A DNA stretch of 64,000 bases. It comes from Azolla caroliniana. Lineage: Eukaryota > Plantae > Polypodiophyta. Position numbers and translations under genes: made by a program. Location: the NCBI GenBank assembly GCA_043228905.1, contig JBHGNT010000020.1, positions 8,556,001 through 8,620,000 on the forward strand. Reading direction: 5' to 3'. Shown here in pieces: positions 12,213 to 23,537 of this stretch; within the stretch, counting starts at the first letter, position 1, and each line of letters begins with the position of its first letter. A model generated the notes under the pieces. The model was not told the DNA's origin. It searched no databases and saw only the letters and a list, made by a program, of their open reading frames with translations.

Positions 12213-12539
12213 GGTCGGTGAGCGCTGGTGAGGGTTGTGTGTGAGAAGTCTCTGTGTGCGTGGGTTCGCGTCTGCTGATCTTCAATCACCTGTCTGCGTT
12301 TGTGCTCCTCTGTTCGCGAAATGTGAGGGTTTCTATGTGGCGAGGGTCTTCTTGTTGCATGTTGGCGCCTATTTTTTTTTTTTTCATTACCCGCGCATGT
12401 GCACGTCATGTACTAAAATAGAATGACGTGCCATGTGGCGGCGGTTTAATACCCTATTAATAGCCCACTACGTACCTTTTCAAAGTGCCTGTTCACTCCT
12501 TTTTGCATGTGTCCGTTCACCCCTCGCCCTTGCATGATT

Positions 12540-12645
12540 TACTTTGATTTGATTTGATTTTCTTTTTCTTTTTCTTTTTTTCTTTTTTTCTTTTTCTTTT
12601 TTTCTTTTTCTTTTTTTCTTTTTCTTTTTATTTTATTTTTTGGAT
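12540..12645. repeat. T-rich (A-rich on the element sense strand) low-complexity spacer between pol and the extra ORF
   Basis: (TTTTTC)n-like run. Confidence 0.8.
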
Positions 12646-12659
12646 AATAAATGGTTTTG

Positions 12660-15600
12660 CTAATTAGCAACCGGTCCCACTGGACCCCTATCCGGATTGT
12701 GATCCTCACCAGACGTTGGTCCGCTTGCCGACGCTTCCGGCTTACCAGTGTCCGGTTTTGTGTCGCCCTTCACTTGTTCAAATGGGTTTCTTGGCATGGA
12801 TCCATTGTATGGTTTGAGTCGGAACCCGTTGACCCATTTACCCAGAACCTCGCTAGCGAGTGTCCCTAATTGGTAGGAACCATTGAACTCTCGCGTAATC
12901 CAGTATGGTCCGGTCCACCGAAACCGTAGCTTTCCCGGCATCTTACCCATCTGAGTCTGGAACACGAGTACCGGCTTACCGATGCCGAACATCTTTTCGT
13001 TCCCTTTTCGGTGACGATCCACGAACGCCTTCCTTCGCCGTTGCTCTAGTTCTAGGTGCATGATGTTGGCTAGCCGGTGTTCTTCCGATTCGCACAACGT
13101 GTTTAACCGGATAGCTTCCGATTCCTTCTCATTTAGGTGTTCCCGAATCTGTATTCGTAAACTCGGGACCTGGAACTCTATCGGCATCACTACTTCTAAT
13201 CCGAATGCTAAGCGGAACGGTGTTGTGCGTTCAGTAGGCCCAGAGTGCACTGTGCAACTTTTTATCCCAATCCGTCCGGTTCTCATTGACGATTTTCTGC
13301 AGGATATTCTGTAGTGTTTTATTTGTTGACTCTGCTAGTCCGTTGGCTTGCGGATAATAGGGAGTGCTTCGTTTGTGCACCACCGCATAAAATGTCGTGA
13401 AACTTTCCACTACTTGCCCTAAGAAGTGCCCACCTTGGTCACTTATAAGCTCTATCGGACATCCATATCGGCACCAGATGCATTCATATAAAAATTTTGC
13501 CGTGGATGCCACGGTGTTGTCGTGTAGTGCCTTCGCTTCCACCCATTTCGTGCAGTAATCCGTTGCGACGATCACGTACCGGTTGTTGGTTCTCATTGCC
13601 GATGGTTTGAACGGACTGACAAAATCTAGCCCCCATTTCTAAAATGGTTCTAACGGTAGCACGGGCTGGTGAGGCATTCTGGCTTGTTTGATTGGTTGCC
13701 CCATTCGTTGGCATAGGTCACATTCTTTAGCGTACCGGACTACATCTTTCAATGTTGTTGGCCACCATAGTCCACTCTGCCATATTTTCCTTACCGTAGT
13801 GTCTCCAGCATAATGTGCTCCGGCCACGCTAGAGTGTGCCTTGCGCAATATTACTTCCTTTTCATCACTGCGCACTGCACGCCGCCATATGCTATATGCG
13901 CCTTTGTGGTACAGTGTGTCCTACAATAGACAGAAGTGTCGTCTTTGAACCGCTAAGCGTTTCCATTCTGCTCTGTTCATTTCCTCCGGAGGTAAACCGG
14001 TGCTCAGAAATTGGTGCATATTGGTGAGCCACTTGTCTTCCTCTGCGACCGAACTGTTCGTTGCCATTTCTGTTGTGACTCTAAACAGCTCTGCATCCGG
14101 AAAGTCATCTGGGACTCCGTCACCGGTTTCGTCGGAATCTAGCCCGCTTAAATAGTCCGCTACTACATGTTGTATGTCGGGTCGGTGGAATATCTCGAAC
14201 TCGAATTCTTGCAGTAGTAACGTCCATCAGGCCAGCTTACCGGTGAGTGATGCTTTGGACACCAAATAGAAGAGCGCCGAATGATCTACATGAAAGGAAA
14301 ATTTCCTTCCCAACAGATAGTGTCTAAACTTGGTGACATTGTAGATCATTCCCAAAGCCTCCCTTCCGTCGTGGAATAATTACGTTCCGCTTGGGACAAC
14401 TTCTGGTTGGCATAATAGACTGGCCGGTACCATTTTGGTTCTGTCAGTTGCATCAGTGCACTCCCGATTGCAATGCGGACGCGGCAACAAACACATGGAA
14501 CTCTTTGGAATAATCCGGAGGTTGCACCACCGGCGCTTGTGACAACATGACTTTTAGTGCCCGGTAAGCCTGGTCTTCTGTGTCCGTCCATCGGAACGGT
14601 GTCCGATGTACTGCGGCATGCAATGGTGTAGCCAAGTCTGCCAGATACCGGAGCATTCGGCTATGCCACCGAATTTGTCCTAAGAACCGGCTTAGTGCCT
14701 TTGCCGTGGCTAGTGCCTTCAGGATTGCTTTTACTTTGTCCGGATCCACTACGATACCGTCCTTACTGACTATGTGACCCAGTAACGCTCCGCTGGTTAC
14801 TCCAAACACGCATTTTTCCGGGTTCAGGCTTAGTCGGTAAACCCTACATTTTTCTAGGCATAGTCAGAGGTGCTGAAGGGGATCCCCTTCCTGGCTATAA
14901 ACAGTGAAGTCATCCAAGAACACCTGCATGAATGCCGGAATGAATTCCCCGAAAATTTCCATGACGATCCGCTGGAAGGTTGTCGGTGTTGTTTTCAGTC
15001 CGAACATCATCACTACGGCAACAAAGACTCCCCATTCGGTGACAAAAGTAGTTTTCTCCTGGTCGGCGGGGTGCATCCAATCTGATTATAGCTGCTGAAA
15101 CCATCTAGAAAACTATACACGTTATGACCGGCGACCGCATCCAGGACTCCATCCGTGAATGGAAGTGGGAAGGCGTCTGTTACCGTAGCCACATTCAATT
15201 TCCGGTAGTCGACACACACTCTAATCTTACCATTCTTTTTGGGTACTACAACTATCGGGCTGAGCCATGTGGCTTTCTTTACCGGTTGGAGGAAGCCCAC
15301 TCTTAGCAACTTATCGATTTCTTCTTTGACTTTTGCTGCATAATTCGGGTTCATCCGGTAACGTCGTTGCGCTACCGGTTTGGCATCTTTACTCAAATGT
15401 ATCTGGTGTTGATATAACTAAGGATCGAGTCCCGACATGTCTTCGTAGGACCAGGCGAACACATCGTGAAATTCTTTTAGGAGTGTGATCATTGCCATTT
15501 TGTTCTCCGAAGTCATTTCCTTGGCGATGTGCACCATTCTTTTGTCCTTTGTGGTACCTAGGTTTACCTCTTCTAGTTGGGATGCTTTCACGCACTGTGA

Positions 15601-18357
15601 TACTGCCATTTCTTTTTCCAATGCCTCCTTTGCTTGCCGTAATTCCCGGATTGCCTCTTTATCCGGTTCCTCGTCGGTCCCGTCCGGTTGCAGTACGTAC
15701 GGTGATACTGCATCGGCTACATCAATCTCGAACAGAGGTACAATCTTCAGATTTTCCTGTAAGTATTGATCGACCTCTTCATCCGCAAATCCTTCTAGCA
15801 TGTTAACACATTCCGCATATAGCGGCGTTGATTCCTTACCGGTACCGGATCATGGTTGAGTTGATACTCGTACTTTCGCTTTTCCACGCCGGAACGTGAT
15901 TATGTTCTTCCTCCAGTTTTGCTTTATGTGTGCCGTTTTTAACCAGAGCCGTCCCAACAATAGTGGGTAAGCTCCTTGAGCTTGTAGTTAGAGAACTACT
16001 ATGGAAATGCGAAATGTGTGACCCCCGATGGTCACTTCCAGATCGCATATTAATCCGGTTGGTCGTACTGAGCTAGTGTCCGCCATCCGAAGCCAAAACA
16101 AACATGGTTCCCAATCCTGGATTCCTACCGTGTTACACGTTCGGAGGCTGATCACATTCACGTCGGATCCTCCATCGATAATCGTGCCAGGTGGCTCTTT
16201 TCCCTTCACGATGGTTGTGATTGTTGGACTGCTTGTGTCCACCAATGTCGATCCTTCCTCCGAATTTGAAAAGAATGCTGGAGCCGGTGGTGTGACAGTT
16301 GTCGTCCTTCCAGTCTTCAGTCCTTCCGTGAACCGTGGTACTAGTTGCAATAGTCGGCCTAATGGTAGCGTGATTTGGCATTCTTGTAACGCCTGCCATG
16401 TTGGATTTTCGGGTTGCCCCGGGCCGGTGAGCTCTTCAGCATTCTCCTTTTGTTGTTCAAGCTCAACCGCATTCCGTTCATTTGCCTTCTTCACCCATTC
16501 GGTTGCCTGCTTCCGGATGGCTTCTTGAGTTTCCCACTCCATGGCTTTGCCTTTTGATCTTGTAGTGACCTGTTGTATGTCCGCGACTTCTGCGTCTACC
16601 ATGTTCACCACCGGTTGTTTGTCGTAGCTCTTCACCGGACATTGATTACTAAGTGACCCTCTTGCCAGCAATAATAGCAATATGGCTTCCGGGCGTTGCT
16701 GGATTCAGCGTGTGTGCTTAGTGGCGAACCAAGGGCAAGTTCTTGGTTTTGGTCTGGTTGGCTGCTCGGAGCGCCCTTTTCCGGTTCTCGTGTATGACCC
16801 CCCTTTTTGTTGAAATGGCGTTTCTTATTGAAATTCTTTTTGTTGTGGTATCCTTGCCGGGGTTGGTCATCATCCTTGCCATAGTCGTCACGTCGGTGGT
16901 TGTAACCAGGGGAATGATCCCGGTTATATCTTTCATATCGTCCATTATAGTCCCGGTATCTATCCTGTCTATCATACCGGTCATATGCGTCTCTTTGGTC
17001 GCTATACCGAACATCTTGTGCCGGCCGGTAGCGCTCCTCTCGCCGCCAGCGTTCTTCTTCTTCCTCCCGGTTGCTCCGTGGTTCAATTTGCCGGACTGGT
17101 GGTGCTTGTCGATTTAACAAGTTATACTCACATTGTTCCATTGTGTGACTTCTGGAGTGGCAGAGCAAGCAGTGGGAACGCATGGTGCATTCCAGCGCCG
17201 AATGTCCAGCATTCAGGCATATCGTTAATTGAACTGCTTGTCGGAAACAGAGGTCCTCTTCTCTTGGTAGCGTACGCTGAAGTGCGCCCATGGTTAGCCA
17301 TGAACTCGAGTTTTCCATTTCCCGAACTCGGTCAATCACTTGATCTATGCTACTGGTGCGGAAATCGATGACGGTGCACACCATCCGTAAAGGTTCTCGG
17401 AGTGCTGCTAAGAATATGGCCTTTGTTTCTTCCTCCGGTGGTGTCCGGCTGAGCTAACTATGGATCCGTTGGAACCGGATGACAAACTGTTGGATGTTCT
17501 CCGTTGGTTCCTGCCGGATACTGTAAAATAACCCGACCATTTCCCGCTGGTCCATCTCCTTGTGGAAGAAATGCAAGAATTTTGTCTTTAATGTTTCAAA
17601 CGTGGGAATGGTGTTGGGATCCTGTGTTCAGTGCCATCTGGTGGCCGGTCTCTCCAAGGTCATGCCGAACTCTGCCCGTTTTGAGCGTTCCTCTTCGGCT
17701 GCATTTAAGCGTTGGGACACATGGTTTGCTTCCCAGTTTTGCTGAAACGCATGGACGTGGGCTTCCGCATCCGGATCATCCCAGTATCTGGGATATTGGA
17801 ACGGCATATCGTCGTCCAGTGTCGGTACACAGGCTGGTGGTATCGGTGGTCGTTCCTCCTCTAGTTGTGTCGGAGGTTTTCCCCGGTCTTCTGTTGTCGT
17901 CGGAGGTCTTTCATGCTCCTCTTGTGGTGTTGGAGGCTTCTCCTCCTCGACTTCCAGTGTCAGAGGTCTCTCGTCGTCGACTTCTGGTTCCGGAGTGTGG
18001 TCGACTTCTGGTACCGGAGTTTCTAGCCTTGTCAATTCAGGTTCTGGTGTCGGCAAAGTATCTGACTCCTCGTCCTCTGGTCCGCCTGGGGTGACGTTAC
18101 TGTTGCGGTAGTTCGTTTGCGCGCTGTATTCCCCGTCCGAACCTGATTCAAATGCCGAAAATGCTTCGGATTCGCCTTCCCCTGCTGCCAATGCCTGGAG
18201 AAGGGATTCTGCTTCTCGGAGGCTGCTTAGGCTGTTTCCTTTGTCCAGGTAGGCGTTTTGTGGTAGCCGAAGTGATTCCTTGGCCACTCTCTGGATCACT
18301 TTCGAAAATGAGCGATCTGCTCTGATTTCTTCTGCCTCTTGCTAGAAAGCCTTTCAC
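12660..18357 (-). pseudogene. Gypsy-D gag-pol (gag, zinc knuckles, protease, RT, RNase H, integrase), disrupted
   Basis: IIDGGSDVNVI protease; CVDYRKLN, FLDGFSSYNQI and VFLDDF RT; AERNYSTTE RH; ATDYCTKWVEA, SDQGGHF and WTGPY integrase. Confidence 0.95.
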
Positions 18358-18460
18358 TTCCTCAGTCGTTCAGCAAGTCGCCTTGCTCGCTCCGTAATCG
18401 GATCGTTCGTTGGTCGCGTCATCCATTCTCGCCGCTGTTCGCTGTGATTGTGCAGGAATC

Positions 18461-18470
18461 GTGGTCGCCA
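18461..18470 (-). promoter_or_regulatory. Gypsy-D PBS (tRNA-Arg type, TGGCGACCAC), 7 nt from the LTR
   Basis: Reverse complement of GTGGTCGCCA; identical PBS core and CAGTTTT spacer at 61407-61423. Confidence 0.8.
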
Positions 18471-18477
18471 AAAACTG

Positions 18478-18901
18478 TGTTATTCCTTAGGGCCGAACAA
18501 TGGCCTAACACAAGGTGTCTCCGGAAGACACTTCACCAAAGGGGTGTTACGGCGAGATAACTTAATTTGATACTTAGCAATAAGGCATACACTTAATACA
18601 CGCATAAGATATAACAATTAATTCAGAACGGTAATCAATACATGAAGATAAAACAAGAAGCTTATATTAATTCTCCGTTAAAGTTATACATTGTAACCGG
18701 GCCTTTATATAGGTCACCGGTGCTACATACAAAACGGTGCCAACTGGCACCTATTCAGAATCGGTCCGGATCCAGATCAGCATACCGATTCCGGTCCGTC
18801 CATTCACTACATAATTATAATCTAATCTACTTAATTAAATATATTCCGAATAACCATCCCTTTCACATTCTGGTCTCTGCTCCTTTGCCGGTCGGGTAAC
18901 A
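18478..18901 (-). repeat. Gypsy-D 5' LTR
   Basis: Direct repeat of 8859-9306. Confidence 0.95.
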
Positions 18902-18906
18902 CCCTT

Positions 18907-21586
18907 CACCACGATCCTGGCTTTGTATCTCGAGGGGTTGCCGGCATCTCCCGGTTTCAACTTGTACACCCACTTGTTTCGGAGTGGCCTCTTTTCTTTC
19001 GGCAACTCCACCAATTCGTACGTATGGTTCTCATGCAAGGAATCCATCTCATCTTGCATGGCACTTAACCATTTGTGGCTATGGGCGTGCGTCACTTTTA
19101 GCTTCCTTGAAGCTTTATGGCTCCCCCTCATCGATTAGCAACACGTGCTCTGAATCCGGAAATCTCCGTGGGGCCCTTCTCTCTCTGAGAGGATATCTGT
19201 GTCCTTGGGCTTCGGTAACCGGCTCCTCCATTTGCTCTTCATCTGAATCCAATTTGGGGTCTTGTCCGGTTTCAATTTCACCCATTCCTTCTTCTTCGAC
19301 CGGTTTTATCTCCTCACCGTCACCGGCCGGTTCATCGAGTGCTAACCGGCTTCTTGCCGGTTGGAACTGCATTTCGTCAAGTCGAAATTTTTCCTTACCG
19401 GTCGACTCGGAGTTCATTATCTTCTTCTCCGACTCCCAGTCGGCGAGCGTCTTGTCCTCCATGAAGATAATATATCGACTTCGGAATACTTTCTGGTCGA
19501 CTAGGTCCCACACTCGATAGCCAAACTCATCGTCGTCGTAACCGAGGAATATGCATGGCCGGGTCTTCGGATCTAACTTTCCTCTCCGGTCCTTAGTTAC
19601 ATGCACGTACGCAAGACACCCGAATACCTTCAAATGCCGGTAGGACACTTCCTTACCGGTCCAGACTCTCTGCGGCGTGTCTCCGTCCAAGGGTACTGAG
19701 GATGATCTGTTTATCACATATGTCGCCGTAGACAATGCCTCAGCCCAAAATGTCTTGGCTAATTTTGCATGCGCCAGCATACTCCAGACCCTCTCCATTA
19801 TGGTCTGGTTCATCCTCTCGGCCAGCCCGTTTAGTTCTGGCGTCTTCGGCACAGTAAATTCGAGCCGGATTCCCTTCGAGCGACAGTACTCCTCGAACTA
19901 CCCCCGGTATTCTCCTCCGTTATCTGCTCGAGCCGCCTTCAGCTTCCGGCCGGTTTCTCTTTCCACTCTCGCGTGGAGCTCTTTGAAGATGGATAGCACC
20001 TGATCCTTCGTCTTCAACGGCGTGGCCCATAGCTTCTGGCTATGGTCATCTATGAACGTCACGAAATACTGCGATCCGGCATGTGACTTCATGTCCACTT
20101 GACACACATCAGTATGCACCAACTCCAGTGGTGCATTTCGTCTCATCAGTGGCCTCGATCGGAAGGAGGTCCGGTTTTGTTTACCGGCCAGACAATCAGT
20201 GCACTTCTCCAAGTGCACGTTCTTCATTGGAATGAGGTTGTCGTCTGCAAGCCTCTTCATCCCCTTCTCGCTCATGTGATACAACCTCTTGTGCCACAGC
20301 TCACCGGCAGTGTTGGATGCCACGTTCACTTCCTCCGGACATAATCATGCATTCAACAGGTACATTGTGTTGACTTTCCGGACCCGAGCCACTATCAAGC
20401 TCCCTTTGCTGAACTTCATGACACCATTCCGGATGCTACCCGTGTAGCCTTCATCATCCGGCCGATCGGCTGATATCAGCTTCAATCGAACCTCCGAAAC
20501 GTGTCAGACATCCTTCAACAGCAGCTTGCATCCGGTTGGTGTTGTCAACCACACGTCTCCTATGCCGACAATTCGGCATGTACCTTCATTCCCCATCTGG
20601 ACACAACCGTGATCACCAGCTGTCTAGGATGAGAAGTATTTACGGTCCGGGGTAAGGTGGAACGACGCTCCAGAATCAACAACCCATGTTGTCTTGTCGC
20701 CGGCAAGGTTCAACTCACTCTCCTCGGTGATGAGCATCAACTCTTCTTCACTTGTTGCGATTGTCGTCGTTCCCTTCCGGTCTTTACTGTTCCGGTCCGG
20801 TGTCCGCTTCGAATCGGTACCATCGGTTTCCTTGTCTTTTCGAAAGTGCCGATAGTTCTTCTGGAAGTGTCCCGGCTTGCCACAATAGAAGCAGGTAGGC
20901 CTCCCCCTTGACTTTGACCGTGTCCCCAACTTTTCCCGATTCTGGGGACTACGGTTCCTTTGTCTTCCGCATTCTGATTCGGTAATGAGCGCTTTGGAGT
21001 CGGAGCTCGTATCCTTATCTTTCTGGCACGCCTCCTCATCTAGCAAGCTCGACTTCACTCTTGCTAGGGATAACCGTTTCCCTTCCGGCCCGGCGTTGCC
21101 CAAAGTGACGACCAACGTCTCCCAGCTATTTGGGAGGGAACCAAGCAGGAGTAGTGCTAGTACCTCATCAGCGAGAGGTACTTCTAACAATGTTGCCTAG
21201 TGTATCAGCCCCTAGAAGGCATTCATGTGCTCTGCCATGCTGGACTCATCTTGGTACCGGAGACTTACTAGCTTCCGAAATACCGAAACCTGATTAACAA
21301 CATTTTTGTTCTAAAACATAATGTCGATCTTCTCCCAAAGCTCATGAGCCTTGCTCTCTTCATTGAAGTTGTTGTATAGACTCATGTCGATGAAGCACCG
21401 TATGTACGCCGTTGTCTTCATGTGCATCACCTCCCATATCGTGGCCTCAATTTTGTCTGGTCTCTTGTCCCCGAACTGAACCGGCAACCAAAGATCTTTA
21501 ACCACAAGCATGTCCCTCATCTTCAACTTCCACACTGAGTAATTGGAGCCGGTGAGCTTGAACATGCCTCCCAACGAATCGCCCAT
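18907..21586 (-). pseudogene. Copia-B gag, protease, integrase and RT start
   Basis: MGDSLGGMFKLTGSNYSVW gag; CFYCGKPGH; WVVDSGASFH; LWHKRL, VHTDVC and ADNGGEY integrase. Confidence 0.95.
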
Positions 21587-21617
21587 TTTTCTATGTCAAT
21601 TCGCTCCGATACAAGTT

Positions 21618-22121
21618 TGACGTTAAAATTGTTGTCGGCCACAACCGGTTGTACGTGTGTGGAATAATAGTCAATCTAATGGAAGGAAAAAAAACAGAAT
21701 ACAGAAACTGAGAATGACATAGATTTTAACGTGGAAACCCGAACTGGGAAAAAACCACGTGGAGTCCACAAACTCCTAAATAGAACACTATGAGAGAAAG
21801 GAATACAATCAGAGATCTCAGAGGCAACGACCTCGAGATCCTGCTTCGCCAACAGGCGGCTATAGAGCTAACACGCTTCCACTCACACTCTTCACTCTCA
21901 CAATCATGGAGACAACAACTTCGACAACAATAACTTTACAATAATGCACGCATCTAACATGATTGCCCTAAGTGCTTATATACTAATATAACCTTTCGAC
22001 AATTTACAAGTTTAGCCTTCCGGATTGGCTATCTCCACGATTTCCGGTTTTGACCTCGGCCTAGTTGCTCATCAACACGGTTCTTCTCAACTTCCCATCC
22101 GGAGGGACCTGTTTCCTAACA
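21618..22121 (-). repeat. Copia-B 5' LTR
   Basis: Repeat of 580-1080; PBS (rc GCTCCGATACAA) adjacent. Confidence 0.95.
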
Positions 22122-22355
22122 AGAACCTAGTGGTGACTCATAGTACCTCGTGCCAAGAAGAGAACTTGTCCTTGCAAGTGGTAAAGACAAGTATCCTGAA
22201 GGAGGAGACGAGAAGGAAGGACAAGGGGGTCCTGTCCCAGACGGAGGTGAATGTGACACAACATTCGGGCAGAGGAAGCAACAAGCAAAGAAGGGACAAG
22301 TTTCATGCCAGATGCAAGTCCAGAGGTAAGCATACATGCTTTTATTGTGGAAAGG
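22122..22355 (+). pseudogene. Copia-A gag continuation, truncated
   Basis: WEN|LVVTHSTSCQEENLSL...HTCFYCGK continues the 103-579 frame across the Copia-B insertion. Confidence 0.85.
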
Positions 22356-22399
22356 TGTCTCAAATGATGTTCATGTGGGAGGAAGGTTGGAAATCCAAC

Positions 22400-22959
22400 A
22401 AGAAGAGGAGGACAGACAACCAACTTCGACAGATCTGAATATTCAAGATATATTGGAGGATATCCAAGGGCATGTGGGTATGACATGCAAGGCACTATCC
22501 CATGAGCGTGCCAAGTGTTGCCCAGAGAAGTAGATACAGAGAATTGGGGATCCAGAAGACAGTTCAGAAAGAATGTGCATACGAATATGGAGATAATTAG
22601 GAATATTATTAGAGATGAAGTGAGATTATGTGAATGGGTGTCAGATCCGGAAGAATGTACTGGTCCGGATGGGCACCGTTTTGTATCAGAATCGACTACC
22701 TATATAAGGAGTCCGGATTGAATAATTCTTATGTGTGAGTAATCTAATAGAATTGGAAGATTTGTATACTTGCCATCCTATGTACTTCAGTGATTTTTTA
22801 TACACGTGTATTAGTGTTTGTTATCTTATTCGTATATGTTACCCGGATTGAGGGACTGTTATACGCGCATTATTACCATACCTCCGACCACACATTTGGA
22901 ATATATTCCGATAGGGAGTACTTATGTGCTTGTGACTAAGATCTAGTCCAGGATAAACA
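22400..22959 (+). mobile_element. 3' end of a diverged Gypsy-D-like element: extra-ORF tail, CCA motif, LTR 22516-22959
   Basis: 22435-22515 aligns by eye with rc 9307-9390; LTR TGTTG...TAAACA (444 bp) shares GGCACCGTTTTGTA...CCTATATAA with the D and K LTRs. Confidence 0.7.
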
Positions 22960-23537
22960 TAGCAGCAATTTAGGTGATTTGTTGGCCAGGGTGTAGAGCC
23001 ACTGAAGTGGCTGGAAGCACCATTTCGGATGTCCTAACGTGGAGTCCACCAATGGTGTGGTTTCCCACAGTGAGATAAATTGTGCTCGTGCCAATTCTTC
23101 AGACTCTGAATGCGCGTCACTATTCGACCTCAGGTTCATAAATGTGAAGAACGAGTGAATCTCGGGCTTGGACGGCCCTGAACTCGTTTTGGGAATCCAA
23201 GACGATCAGGGCCGTCCAATTACAGATAAAAAAAGAAAACTAAAAAAGAAAAAAGTAAAAGTAAAAAAACGAAAAGAAACTAGAAAAACACAACAAAAAG
23301 GGAAAAGAAGAAGAAGAGAGAGAAACTTTTGGGGGAAATTCAAATTCTCTATCTCATTGTCTCTCTCCCTCCCCCTCTCTCTACATACTTTTCTTTTCTC
23401 TATTGAAATCTCTCTTTCTTTCTTTTTTTCGTAAATAATGGCTTTCATTACGAAAGAAAAAACACCACCATGACTAACTTACAACAAACTATAGAACCCC
23501 TTCTATCTAGGGATCTAAAGAAACTACGACACCAAAC

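Larger units (their letters stand above)
8859..18901 (-). mobile_element. Ty3/Gypsy element D (non-chromovirus, Athila/Tat-like RT), full length with an extra 3' ORF
   Basis: LTRs 8859-9306 and 18478-18901; TSD CCCTT (8854-8858 and 18902-18906); PBS TGGCGACCAC (rc 18461-18470); host frame KARIVVKG|FQQKKG rejoins. Confidence 0.95.
580..22121 (-). mobile_element. Ty1/Copia element B, full length, degenerate, interrupted by two Gypsy elements
   Basis: Near-identical LTRs at 580-1080 and 21618-22121; 5-bp TSD AGAAC (575-579 and 22122-22126); Met-type PBS 21603-21614; PPT 1081-1090; gag-PR-INT-RT-RH order on the minus strand. Confidence 0.95.
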
